The position numbers and the translations under genes are program-made. 64,000 nucleotides of DNA from Ranitomeya imitator. Lineage: Eukaryota. The stretch lies in NCBI RefSeq assembly GCF_032444005.1, contig NC_091287.1, positions 78,616,001 through 78,680,000 on the forward strand, given 5' to 3'. The notes under the pieces were generated by a model that had not been told where the DNA came from, searched no databases, and worked only from the letters and a program-made list of their open reading frames with translations. The first letter of the stretch is position 1, and the number at the start of each line of letters is the position of its first letter. This document shows positions 51,615-64,000 of the stretch, in pieces.

Positions 51615-51738
51615 CTGATGCCAACAAGTCATTAATCAGAACGAGAAAGCGCTCATCTGTAACATGGGCATCTGTCAGCAAAAACACAGTGGGCATGTTC
51701 TTGGCTCCAGTCCTGATGTACAAATTGGCAAGATCCAC
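51615..51738 (-). CDS. dnah11: dnah11 exon 5 of 11 in window, 124 nt
   Basis: tttcag|GTGGAT ... TCAG|gtga; [24 protein letters not shown] matches my recollection of DNAH11 rather than DNAH9/DNAH17. Confidence 0.95.
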
Positions 51739-51861
51739 CTGAAAAGGAAAAGAGGCAATGATTTATTCTTTGCAGAGATGATGATGCAAGTGTTAAAAAA
51801 AAGCATCTAGACTGCTAAGGATTCTGTTAGATTGGTCAGCAGCTCCATGGTATATACATCA

Positions 51862-52162
51862 CTAGATGGTGGCCTGATTCTAACGCATCGGGTATTCTAG
51901 AATATGTATGTACGGTAGTTTATTTATGAAGATTTAAGAATAATGCAATAAATACACAGGATTTTAAATTGCACACCAATATCGCTGATTGGTCGCGCCC
52001 GGCCGGCCGCGACCAATCAGCGAAGAGTAGTTCAAATTCCGCGCCAATTCGCGGTCGGACTGCTCCTGTTGCTGATTGGTCACAGGCGGCTGGCGCGACC
52101 AATCAGCGATGCGGGATTTCCGTTACAGACAAACGGACAGAATTAGACGATTACATAGTAGA
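51862..52162 (-). mobile_element. Non-autonomous Helitron-like element
   Basis: Minus strand A|TC... start and ...CTAG|T end, no TSD, imperfect subterminal hairpin CCCGAT/ATCAGG. Confidence 0.55.
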
Positions 52163-54695
52163 TGGATGCAATTCATGTACTGAAAAAACAAACCTAAAAA
52201 AAACATGTCATTTCCACATTAAATGAGTAGCACTAGAGAGGTGCTACCTGAATTTCGTGCATACAAGAGCATTATTGGCCAACTAGGTATTGCTAGTTTT
52301 TAATGGGATTATTAGAAAAGTCTGGAGTACCAGCTGGTATAAAATCGAAAATTTCAGCATGATCTACTGTTTAGGCTACATGAATTCATGCAAGCACTGA
52401 AATATAACCTCAAAATTATAAAAAAATGTATATTTTTGCGTCAGAAACGACTGGTCACATTATATAAATCACAAAACAATAATAGTGTGATTAGCACAAT
52501 CGCCAGCATGGAGTTGGAATTACCAAAAAGAAAAAAAGAGAATTTTGTAATTTCCAACAATTTTTATTATGCCCATTTTTGGGGCATGATTATCAAAACA
52601 TAGGGTTGGACCTGGCTTTGGAATGCTCAGATAAGCTTAAGATGCTACAGTGGCATGTAAAAATGTGGCACCCCTGGTAAAATTACAGTTATTGTGAAAA
52701 GTTAAGCAAGTTATAAATGAAATTTCTCTAAAAAGCCCAAAGTCAAAAATGACACATTTATTTTGTATTTTAGGCACACAAAAAAACTGTCGGTTTTTAC
52801 ATTTTTTTGGTTGATGCAAAAAATTTAGGCACCCTGCATGGTTAGTACCTAGAAGCATCCCTTTTTAAAAGTATCACAGTTTGTAAATGCTTTTTGTAGC
52901 CAGACAAGAGACATTCAATTCTTGCTTAAGGGATTTTCATCCATTTTTCCTATTGTGGATTTTGACGTGTGTTTGGAATCATTTATCCTCTTTTCAACTT
53001 CAGCTTTTTTTTTTTTACAGATGGTGTTATGTTTACATCAAGAATTTGTTGATATTTCTCTCTACCCGTGAAATGTTCCCCGTGCCACTGGCTGCAACAT
53101 AACTTATAAGCTTGATTGATCCATCCCCAAGCTTAATGGTTGGCGATACATTCTTTTCCTGAAATTCTGTCTTTTTTTTCTCCACACACACCTATCGGTT
53201 TATGTCACATGCTATTGTGTGCATGGAGGATGTGGACATAGATGAATAGGAAGGACCAGATTCTGAGTAAAATTTAGAAAGAGGGAACCAGGGAGAGTTA
53301 TGTTAGTGAATTAAGGTGATAACCTGTCTAATGAGATGTGCTTTTAAAAACAGACAGGTTTGTCTGTCTCAAGGCATCTCTTTCTTGCCACACTTCTAAA
53401 TAATGTTACATAGCTCATGTTAGTCATAATTTATCTCATTACAAATGGTCCCAATCACAGTTGCAGAAGTCCTCCACTTGGAAGCAGCTTTGGTACATTT
53501 TGCTAATGCTGTACAACATCACGGAGTCCTGATCTGTACTGGTCAGACAGTCTTTCCACTGTGTACTACTTGAACAAGCAAGGATAAATAAGGGGTTCCA
53601 GTCTAATGTATGTCTGCAGAGCAATCATGATATGGGCAAAGGAAAATCTACACGACCTTGCAGCAGTCCATATCAAGGACTGGCTTAGTTGAAACATCCT
53701 GTGTTCAGATAATGGAGTCTGAATTTGGACATATTTCACCAGATTCCCTCTATATTTAGTCATCCAAATATAGACATGATGACAACTTGTCAAAACAAGA
53801 AAGTCAAAAGACTGCGTTTTCTTTTCAAGCAATAACATCTGGTAAGCCTGGGCAGTCTCTCAATCAGCTGGTAAAATGTGTTTATCCATATTTTCCCTCC
53901 TCCACAGTTAATTTCCAGGGTTCCACTTCCACTCATATTAGAACTGTTGAAAGAACGATTTTGTAAACTGCCTCGCAGGAAGGACCTGTTCACGCAGATA
54001 AGCATGTGCTATCCAGACCTGGAGAAATTGCACTTAACGCTAAACTATCAGCAGGATTTTGCTAAGTAAACTACAGGCATTTTTAGCTTGGCAGTGTTAA
54101 CTGATCAAAATGATACCTGTGGTGAATAAATCTGTCAAGCCCATAGCCTGGTAGGGGATAATGCTCCTAGTAAAATCTCACCTTTAGTGCTCTACTCACT
54201 GCCTCCCCTGAAGAAACTGAAGTTTAATTATATATGCTAATTGGGGAGCTCGGTGCACCCTGGTTCTGGCCAAGAGGTTGGTTGAGTGCACTATTTCATC
54301 CACTGGTTTTGCATGTCTATACCTCCCTCACTGATGACTTAAAAAGTTGGTTTAACTGGGCTCTCTCTGCAGACAGTGCTCACTCCATGAAAACTAGAGA
54401 TGTCAATCACCAGTGAGGGAGGTGGAAATAATGTAAAACCAGTAGGCGAGAACGGTGTACTGAGCCTTGTGACTACACCAAGGATGCACTGAGCAGGCAA
54501 ATTAGAATATTTGATTAAACTTCAGTTTCTGCAGAATGGAGGCAGCGATTAGAGCACTACAGGTGTAATTTATACAGAGGCTATATTTCCTACACGGCCA
54601 TGTGCTTAGTTGATACTGTCAGTTGGGCTAACATGCTCCTTCAATTGGACTGACTACAGGCATAGTGGTCAATTTTTCTTAGTGGTTTATCTTAC

Positions 54696-54858
54696 TCTCA
54701 GGTCTTGGATCCCATATCCATTTTTCAAGGTAACCTGAAACACTTCAAGAGAGCTGATGTACGCTGCCAATTTTGATAGACTTTGTTTACCACTGCCACC
54801 AACTCCAATAAGTAAAGCATAACCGCGAGGAGCTTCCAAAATTCGGCTAATACGACAT
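54696..54858 (-). CDS. dnah11: dnah11 exon 4 of 11 in window, 163 nt; AAA4 P-loop
   Basis: tttcag|ATGTCG ... CTGAGA|gtaag; CRISRIL...[14 protein letters not shown] (AAA4 Walker A); phase matches previous exon. Confidence 0.96.
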
Positions 54859-55342
54859 CTGAAACAAAATTCAGCATATAGGAAAAAAGAACAATGAGTT
54901 AGGCATTTGAGAAAAATAAGAAACCTGCAGATATACAAATGATATTATATATTGTAGTTTTTCTCCAGACTTGCTGCAGATTTTAAGTGAGGATTCAAGT
55001 ATTAATGATTTGGGCTTTCAAAACCATATCAACGGCATATTGCAGATTTTAAAATCAAAGGGATGCCCTACATATAAAGGATTTGTTGCAGGAATTTTAT
55101 GTAGATTTTATCTTTTGCAATTCAATGATTTTGCCACGGATTTGTAATACAAATTGCCCCAGAGAAATTCTGCTCTCTCAGGAATAACAGGTTTGTAATA
55201 AAATTTTTGATAACTTTAGCAAAAATATATAAAAATAATTTGATCTTTAAGGGAATCTGCCAGCATAATTTAAATACCCAAGCTATTTACAGCTGGTAAA
55301 ATAAGCAGTGAACATGTATTGCTACGTGCAATACTGAAAAAT

Positions 55343-56756
55343 GGCACAGGGAAAAAGTATTGAACACATGAAGAAAGAGAGTTGCAAAAGTCATAACACC
55401 AACTAAAATCTATCAGTAATTAGAAAACAATCCTGACATTTAGTGAATAATAAAATCAGCTGATTCAACTGATGGTCTAAAAAAAAGGTGTCTCATTACC
55501 AAGGTGACACACAACAAACATATTAGCTGTCTCAAGACCTTTGCAACCTTATTGCTGGAAAACATACTGACAGCATTAGTTGCAGAATAATTTTTAATCT
55601 ACTGAATGTTCCAGTAAGCAGTGTTGGGGCCATAATCCGGAAGTGGAAAGCACATTATTTCACAATAAACCGGCCACAACCAGGTTCTTCCTGCTAGATT
55701 TCAGACAGAGGAGTGAAAAGAATTATCAGAAGAGTTATCCTAAAGTCCTAGAACCAATGGCCACACGGCCACATGTGGAGAGCTACAGGAAGACCTGGAC
55801 GCAGCAGGTACAATTGTTTCAAAGAAAACAATACGTAATGCACTCAACCTCTATGGCCTGTATGCACGCTCACCAGACTCTGTTGAACAAAAAGCATGTT
55901 CAAATGCTCTTAAAAGATTACTCAATAACATTTAGACAAGCCTGTGAAATACTGGGAGATTATAGTCTGGTTAGTTGAGACCAAAATCGAACTCTTTGGA
56001 TTCCATAATACACAGCATGTTTGGAGGAAAAAAGGCACTGCATATCAACCCAAAAACGCCATACCAACAGTGAAGTTTGGAGATGGGAACATCATGGTGT
56101 GGGGCTGTTTTTCAGCCTACAGCACTGGAAGACTTCATATAATTGAAGGAAAGATAAATGGATAAATTAACCAAGACAGTCTTAATAAAAATCTGATCCA
56201 TCTACAAGGATGATGAAGATGAAATGAGGGTGGACATTTCAGCAAGACAATGATCCCAAACACACAGCCGAGGAAACACTGGCAGTTTCAGAGAAAGAAA
56301 ATACAGCTGCTAGAATGGACCAGCCAATCACTGACCTGAATCCAATACAAAATTTAAGGAACAAACTTAAGATCAGAGATCATAGAAGGAGCCCATGGAA
56401 CTTTAGGATTTGAAGAGTGTTTGTGTGGAAGAATGGGCCAAAATCACACCTGAGCAATGCATGCGATTAGCTTCTCCAGGCAGGAAACGTCTGGAAGCTG
56501 TCATTACCAACAAAGGCCTTTGCATGAAGTATTAAATACATTTCAATAAACATGTTCAATACTTTTTCCCTGTGTCATTTCTGATTAGTACACACAACTT
56601 AATTTATAGACATCTATGGTTTGATTTCTTTTCTTGTGTGGATTGGATGGGTTGTTACCGACAGCTGATAAGAATTTCATGTCATGTTAATAGCACCTTT
56701 AGAAATACTTTTACTTAGAAAATTGGTGACCTATTCAATACTTATTTCACCCACTG
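55343..56756 (+). mobile_element. Tc1 transposon relic
   Basis: ETKIELFG...HVWRKKG...[16 protein letters not shown] (55944-56165); right end CCACTG|TA; left end truncated. Confidence 0.85.
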
Positions 56757-57269
56757 TATATGTGCATGTAGCTCTTTCAAAGACTGAGAAATCAGTGTTT
56801 AAATTCATATGAAAATGAGACTGAAGAGCTATGGTAGATCTGAAGCCTCTGTCACTCCACCTCTATTCCCCATCCAGCACCGCCTCCTCCTGCTTGACGA
56901 CCAGCATTTATGCTTTGCAAATTCAGGCAAAGGAGCCAACAGTCAGTCAATCAGGTAGACGCGGCAATTGATGGGAATAGAGCTGGAGTGACAGAGGCTT
57001 CAGATCACAAATAGTTCTTCAGTTTCATTTGCATATCAATTCAAGTGCTGATTTCTCAGTAACAGAGGAAAGGATCAGCCATGCAAAGGTCTTGGTGCAT
57101 TTGTCTTTGAAAAAGCTACTTGCACATGTAAATAGTTTGAGGGAGTGAAATCCTGCCGACAGATTCCCTGTAAAAGGTTTTCCCATTACTACGATATTGA
57201 TGACTTGTCCTTAAGATACAGAGTTTGGAGTGTGACTGTTTGGGGTTGTCGACAGGTGTCTTTTTTTAT

Positions 57270-57577
57270 TGATAACAAGTTCAAACAGGTGCAATTACTA
57301 CAGGTAATGAGTGGACAGAGGAGCCTCTTAAATTAGAACTTACAGGTCTGTGAGAGCCAGAAGTCTTGCATGTTTTTAGGTGACCAAATACTTATTTTCC
57401 TCCATAATTTGCAAAATAAATCTTGCCAAATCAGACCAGGTGATTTTCTGGATTTGTTTTCTCATTTTCACTCTCATAGTTGTGGTCTACCTATGATGTC
57501 AATTACTGGCCTCTCTCATCTTATTAAGTGGGAGAACTTGCACAATTAATGGATGACTAAATACTTTTCCCCCTCTG
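57270..57577 (+). mobile_element. Tc1 terminal fragment
   Basis: TIR-like AAATACTTATTTTCC...AAATACTTTTCCCCCTCTG|TA. Confidence 0.5.
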
Positions 57578-57759
57578 TATATCTGCAATATCAGATTGCT
57601 GATTATACCAGGAGTGGGACCCCCAGCAATCAGCTGTTATCAACATCAGCAGCGGCAGGATGCAAACAATGTATGGGACAGAACACCCCAGATGTTATAT
57701 ATACATTCCAAATATTAAAAAGGATTGTTTTGCCTAATTCAAGAAGTATGGTTACTTAC

Positions 57760-57953
57760 ACATGTTGCATTGCATCTTCAAACAGGACAAGATTCATGGC
57801 TGCATTAAGTTCATTGTAGCTCTCAAGTGCTTCAACAAGTGTTCTCCTTAGGGCATCCCATCCCTGAACTGGCAAGTAAGTAGGAGCCCCAACACCATTG
57901 GCAAAATGGCAAAATATAAGTGGTTGTTTTAAGAAAACATGGTCTTCAATACC
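57760..57953 (-). CDS. dnah11: dnah11 exon 3 of 11 in window, 194 nt
   Basis: taccag|GGTATT ... CATGT|gtaagt; GIEDHVFLKQPLIFCHFA...YNELNAAMNLVLFEDAMQH plus split Val codon. Confidence 0.95.
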
Positions 57954-58833
57954 CTGGTATGAATTAAAAAGTGATATTTTCAATAATCACAGAAGTGTGG
58001 TAACTGTAAATTGCCTTCTCATGTTAACCTTTTTAATGACCAAGTCTGAAATGCCATACTAACCAGACCATTTTATAATTTTAGGTCTTTATATTAAGCT
58101 GCAGAAACTTTTTTTTCCTCCGACATAGCTACCTGAGGCATTGTTTTATGCCGTGGAAAATTTATCAGGCTGAAATGGGGTAGATATAAATTACATAATT
58201 TTTTGTGATGCAAATATTAAAAAAAAACATCCGATATTGGCAGTGACCAATAGCAATGACAACATATGGCAGCCTTACTACTGGTGAAGAGAAGCCTCAC
58301 GCTAACAGGCAATAATTCTCAGAAAAACTGAGTGGTTTCATGTTAAAACAGCCCAAGAAAGGCTAAGTAGAAATATGGTAACCCAAACTAAAAAAAAACA
58401 CAATGCTGTATAGTTTCTTAAGGAGCAGTCTGCTGGCACTTATGGATCTCTTTCTGCTGCCCTGTAATATGGATCACTAGGGCACTTCTTTTCTTTTTGT
58501 ACCTTGATGATACTATTATGTATGGAATTTGGAGCAGTCTACCGCCACAATTTATACATACATATATACTCATATCACTTACTAGATTCTTGGGATAGGT
58601 TTACATTTAGCTTTTTTAAGTGATAATACCCTACTTTGCAACAGTATATATATACGATGCATCAACACACTGCGATTAATGAATCCATGAACTCCAACAT
58701 TGCTGTAAACGTTAAAAAATGTAAGGTACTTAGTGTTTTTGCATCAAAGAGAACAAAGACCATCAAAACCACGTGAAAGTGTATCTTTAATATGTATTTA
58801 TTAATTGCTGTGTGATGACACGTCATATATGTA

Positions 58834-60879
58834 CAGTACAGACAAAATGTTTGGACGCACCTTCTCATTTAAAGATTTTTCTGTATTTTCATGACTATGA
58901 AAATTCTACATTCACACTGAAGGCACCAAAACTATGAATTAACACATGTGGAGTTATATACTTAACAAAAAAGTGTGAAACAGCTGAAAATATGTCTTAT
59001 ATTCTAGGTTCTTCAAAGTAGCCACCTTTTGCTTTGATGACAGCTTTGCACACTCTTGGTATTCTCTTGATGAGCTTCAAGAGGTAGTCACCGGAAATGG
59101 TTTTCACTTCACAGGTGTGCCCTGTCAGGTTTAATAAGTGGCATTTCTTGCCTTATAAATGGGGTTGGGACCATCAGTTATGTTGTGCAGTAGTCTGGTG
59201 GATACACAGCTGATAGTCCTACTGAATAGACTGTTAGAATTTGTATTATGGCAAGAAAAAAACAGCTAAGTAAAGAAAAATGAGTGGCCATCATTACTTT
59301 AAGAAATCAAGGTCAGTCAGTCCGAAAAATTGGGAAAACTTTGAAAGCCTACACGCAACCTCCGATCCTCACAAGATCTCCCTCTCTACTCCCCTCTTAT
59401 CTCCTCTTCCCACAATCGTATACAAGATTTCTCTCACGTATCACCCCTACTCTGGAACTCTCTACCACAACACATCAGACTCTCACCTACCATCGAAACC
59501 TTCAAAAAGAACCTGAAGACCTACCTCTTCCGACAAGCCTACAACCTGCAGTAACCACCGATCGACCAAACTGCTGCATGACCAGCTCTATCCTCACCTA
59601 CTGTATTCTCACCCATCCCTTGTAGATTGTGAGCCTTCGCGATCAGGGTCCTCACTCCTCCTGTACCAGTTATGACTTGTATTGTTAAGATTATTGTACT
59701 TGTTTTTATTATGTATACCCCTCCTCAGATGTAAAGTGCCATGGAATAAATGGCGCTATAACAATAAATAAAAATAATAATAATAATAATAAAGTGTCCC
59801 CAAGTGCAATGGCAAAAACCATCAAGCGCTACAAAGAAACTGGCTCACATGAGGACCGCCCCAGGAAAGGAAGCCCAAGAGTCACCTCTGCTTCTGAGGA
59901 TAAGTTTATCTGAGTCACCTACAGCAGCTCAGATTAGAGACCAGGTCAATGCCACACAGTTCTAGCAGGAGACACATCTCTACAACAACTGTTAAGAGGA
60001 GACTTTGTGCAGCAGACCTTCATGGTTGAATAGCTGCTAGGAAACCACTGCTAAGGACAGGCAACAAGCAGAAGAGACTTGTTTGGACTAAAGAACACAA
60101 GGAATGGACATTAGACCAGTGGAAATCTGTGATTTAGTCTGACGAGTCCAAATTTGAGATCTTTGGTTCCAACCACTGTGTCTTTGTGCGACGCAGAAAA
60201 GGTGAACGGATGGACTCTACATGCCTGGTTTGCACCGTGAAGCATGGAGGAGGAGGTGTGATGGTGTGGGGGTGCTTTGCTGGTGACACTGTTGGGGATT
60301 TATTCAAAACTGAAGACATACTGAACCAGCATAGCTGCATCTTGCAGCAGCATGCTATTCCATCCAGTTTGCGTTTAGTTGGACCATCATTTATTTTTCA
60401 ACATGACAATGACCCCAAACACACCTCCAGGCTGTGTAAGGGCTATTTGACCAAGAAGGAGAGTGATGGGGTGCTACGCCAGACCTGGCCTCCACAGTCA
60501 CCGGATCTGAACCCAATCGAGATGGTTTGTGGTGAGCTGGACCGCAGAGTGAAGGCAAAAGGGCCAACAAGTGCTAAGCATCTCTGGGAACTCCTTCAAG
60601 ATTGTTGCAAGACCATTTAAGGTGACTACCTCTTGAAGCTCATCAAGAGAATACCAAGAGTGTGCAAAGCAGTCATCAAAGCAAAAGGTGGCTACTTTGA
60701 AGAACCTAGAATATAAGACATATTTTCAGTTGTTTCACACTTTTTTGTTAAGTATATAATTCCACATGTGTTAATTCATAGTTTTGGTGCTTTCAGTGTG
60801 TATGTAGAATTTTCATAGTCACGAAAATACAGAAAAATCTTTAAATGAGAAGGTGCGTCCAAACTTTTGGTCTGTACTG
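58834..60879 (+). mobile_element. Tc1 transposon with decayed transposase and nested LINE end
   Basis: ~200-bp TIRs TA|CAGTACAGAC...GTCTGTACTG|TA; VKHGGGGVMVWGCF...FQHDNDPKH...SPDLNPIEMV (60186-60620). Confidence 0.92.
59348..59790 (+). mobile_element. L2-clade LINE 3' end nested in Tc1
   Basis: Reverse complement of the 3' part of 44938-46326; (AAT)n tail; AAAG repeated at both junctions. Confidence 0.85.
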
Positions 60880-61117
60880 TATATTTCTATATATTGGTCA
60901 CACAGCGTGTTTGTACACTTTTAATACTAGAAGGTGTAAGGTCCCCATTTTTCCTTTTTCTGTACTACCGTACATTGCAGTAGTTACATTTCCAAGATAA
61001 TTATGATTAATTCATAATTCTAATGTACAAAGCAATGAAAGAAAATATGCACAGGAGAACACTTTCCTTCTACAACATAAGGAATAGTTGGGGATGTTGG
61101 CGCACACAGAGTCTTAC

Positions 61118-61279
61118 TTCAAAGTATTTTCTTGCTGTGTCGTAAAGAATTTTCTTAAATAAGTCAGAGTCTTTGGCTTCGACCAACTTATCTCCGTACA
61201 CTCGAGAAGACTCGTGAAGCCAAAGCAAAACCAGATCATTTGGTTGCTTCAAACAATCTGGAGTAGCAAACAAAATGCC
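61118..61279 (-). CDS. dnah11: dnah11 exon 2 of 11 in window, 162 nt
   Basis: ttttag|GGCATT ... TTTGAA|gtaaga; [10 protein letters not shown]...[14 protein letters not shown]...KYFE; in frame with flanking exons. Confidence 0.95.
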
Positions 61280-61866
61280 CTAAAACAGAAAAAATATACA
61301 TTTTAGTGGATACCCATACTAGGTAACTGGAATATTGTTATTTAGGAGGCTGGTATTACTGTAAATGTGGAGATTTCATATGGTGTCAACTCAGTAATGT
61401 AGTAAATGTGGGAGCGAGGAGGATTTGCATTTCAGCAGGTACGCAGTGTATTTCAGAAATGATAGGAACTAAAAAAATAATATCAATTTTTTAAATTTGT
61501 TTTCAAGTATTTAAAAAAGTGCAAATATTTACAATGATAGCGTATTTTATCTCAATGGTGATAAAAAATAAACTTTCAACAACTGTCAAAAACATTGTTT
61601 GCTTGGGAGGAGGTATTTTCCTACACTATATTAGCAGGTTACCATGAACTACTATATTTTAATTCCTGTAAATCTGGTTATTAGCATACCTGGCAGCATG
61701 TGCTCTGAGATTAATTGGTGTAAATAGGAGTAAACATTCATGTATCTATCTAATATAGTATTTGCTGTGACTATAACAGTTCATGCACACTATGTTAAAA
61801 AAATATAATCGTAAAAACAATAGTTTCACAATTGGCTCCATGTAGAAAAAAAACCATAGTGCATAC

Positions 61867-62106
61867 CTGGAAAATATTGGAGATATCTCTCAGATTAAAA
61901 ATATAATGAAACTTGATAGCAGTTGGAAGGAAATTCTGCACCATTTTCTGGCTGAGCCACATTGCAGCCTGAATCATAGTTGGTCCAGTTCGCAGAATCG
62001 ATGGATGGAATGAGTGTTGCTGGAAGTGGAAACTAAGGATCTTGGCAAATATGGCTTCCAGTGCATCATTTGAAGGAAAACTCACAGCAAAAACAGCAAA
62101 ATGTCT
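61867..62106 (-). CDS. dnah11: Axonemal dynein heavy chain (DNAH11-like) exon 1 of 11 in window, 240 nt; end of AAA3 and lid
   Basis: ttttag|AGACAT acceptor, TTCCAG|gtatgc donor; encodes [16 protein letters not shown]...[22 protein letters not shown], a hallmark dynein AAA3-lid motif. Confidence 0.95.
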
Positions 62107-62238
62107 CTAAAAATCAAAGATATAAAATTTATAGTAGAACACCATCAGTAATGGCAAAACACTCACTAACAATGAATTTGTTTCTAAAACCTTAAATTAA
62201 AAGATTTATATGTACAGCTATTAGATAATATAGCTTAA

Positions 62239-63115
62239 AGGGAACCTGTCACCCCGTTTTTTCAGATTGAGATATAAATCCTGTTAAATAGGGCCTGCGC
62301 TGTGCGTTACTATAGTGTATGTAGTGTACCCTGATTCCCCACCTATGCTGAGAAATACATTACCAAAGTCGCCGTTTTCGCCTGTCAATCAGGCTGGTCA
62401 GGTCGGGTGGGCGTGGTGACATCGCTCTTTTCTTCCCCAGCTTTCCGTTGGTGGCGTAGTGGTGTGCGCATGTCCAAGTGCCGAATCTACTGCGCACAGG
62501 TGAAGACACAGCGCGCGATCTTCGCTGTCATCCCTTTCATCGGTGGGGGCGGCCATCTTCCTGGGGCCGCGCGTGCGCAGATAGAGTGCTCTGCTGCACG
62601 GGGCTTCAGGAAAATGGCCGCGGGATGCCGCGCGTGCGCAGAAGAGATCGCGGCGGCCATTTTCCCAAAGCCGAGATGCAAACTCGGCTTTGGGAAAATG
62701 GCCGCCACGATCTCTTGTGCGCACGCGCGGCATCCCGCGGCCATTTTCCTGAAGCCCCGTGCAGCAGAGCACCATCTGCGCACGCGCGGCCCCAGGAAGA
62801 TGGCCGCCCCACCGATGAAAGGGATGACAGCGCAGATCGCGCGCTGCTTGTTCACGTGCCCACAGTGGATTAGTCACTTCAACATGCGCACACCACTACG
62901 CCACCAACGTAAAGCTGAGGAAGAAACAGCGCTGTGAACACGCCCACCCGACCTGACCAGCCTGATTGACAGGCGAAAACGGCGACTTTGGTAATGTATT
63001 TCTCAGCATAGGTGGGGAATCGGGGTACACTACATACACTATAGTAACGCACAGCGCAGGCCCTATTTAACAGTATTTTTATCTCAATCTCAAAAAACGG
63101 GGTGACAGGTTCCCT
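62239..63115. mobile_element. Kolobok/T2-type MITE, 877-bp near-perfect GC-rich palindrome
   Basis: TTAA|AGGGAACCTGTCACC ... GGTGACAGGTTCCCT|TTAA; arms complementary almost to the centre. Confidence 0.88.
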
Positions 63116-64000
63116 TTAAGGTTTCAGCTGCAGATCTGTTTACTAGGGCAATTCAATATTCACACTATATAGTTGTAGTGTTATAGTAGTTTATCCAGAT
63201 ATACATGGACACCTTCTGGGGATGTGTTACTTTTTTACTAAAATACATGCATGTTTCACTAAAAAATATTTTTTTTGCAATTAGGTTTCAATAAAAAAAA
63301 TTTGAACTGCATCTATGCTTCAATGTACATAACTGGCTGTAAATAGCGTTAACAGTGAATCCTTCAGTGAGCTCATTGTGATGTATAGGAAGAATGAGCA
63401 CAACAGTGGCAATAATCTGTGTGAAGACGTTATTGGAGCATACTTGGGTGATAACCAAGTGACTTTGGCGGGCCCGGAAAATATGTTACAGTCCCCGCGG
63501 CTGCATATCTCGCAGCTTTTCTACAGTCACAACACATGCAGGGATTTTCTGTATGTTAGGCAATCCTTGCATGTGTTGGGCTGTCGAACACCCGTGAGAC
63601 ATGCAGTCGCGGGGACTCGAACATATTGTTTAAGCACATCGAAGCTACTTGGTTAACACCCGAGCGAGGTCAGATAACGCCTTTTCCGAGTACGTTTGCT
63701 CATCACTAATGCCCAAGTCTCTGGGCCCTTCTAGCCATGACTATGCAGTGAGGAAGTGAGGAGAGCACCTTATCGCAGAAGTTGCCGGCGCATGCGCAGA
63801 AGATCCCTGAATGCAGTGCCCACAGAAGGGAGGATGAGGTATGTATTCCTGAGGGAGTACAGGGCACAGGTGCAGGATTCCGGGGGGAGAGGGAAAAACT
63901 GATGCTGATAGGAGGAGGTAAGTATAAGGGCTCACTCATAATCACTTGCGAGAAACTCGGATGAGTCTCGCACGGCAATACCCGGCACTGCACCTGGCAC

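Noticed and set aside
51615-51738. Assignment to DNAH9 or DNAH17
   Set aside because: Diagnostic peptides ([39 protein letters not shown]) fit DNAH11 best from recall; not confirmed by a database search
61795-62085. ORF-track start and stop positions for the dynein segments
   Set aside because: They extend into introns; real boundaries were set from AG/GT sites and phase continuity
62398-62937. Overlapping 120-176 aa ORFs on both strands
   Set aside because: Consequence of a GC-rich palindrome; mirror-image translations with no protein motif

Overview
Vertebrate genomic DNA; the repeat landscape is typical of an anuran amphibian (inference). The window lies entirely inside a minus-strand axonemal dynein heavy chain gene, best matching DNAH11. 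Eleven consecutive internal exons (1827 nt, 609 codons) join in frame with canonical AG/GT splice sites and encode the AAA3 lid, AAA4, stalk coiled coil 1 and the start of the microtubule-binding domain. Introns (0.6-26.6 kb) are packed with nested mobile elements: Tc1/mariner relics, non-autonomous piggyBac-like elements with ~0.38-0.39 kb internal repeats and telomere-like arrays, hAT, Harbinger, Kolobok/T2 and Tc2-like MITEs, a Helitron-like element, L2-clade LINE ends, two solo LTRs and a young deleted chromovirus. Most notable: (i) three non-coding Penelope-like insertions with long TSDs, fold-back architecture and hammerhead-ribozyme motifs, including a head-to-head twin hammerhead at 1526-1608; (ii) a Tf1/sushi-type self-priming signature in the chromovirus; (iii) an unexplained decayed coding-like segment near 24.0-24.9 kb with a P-loop-like motif. 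A 208-N assembly gap lies at 39597-39804.
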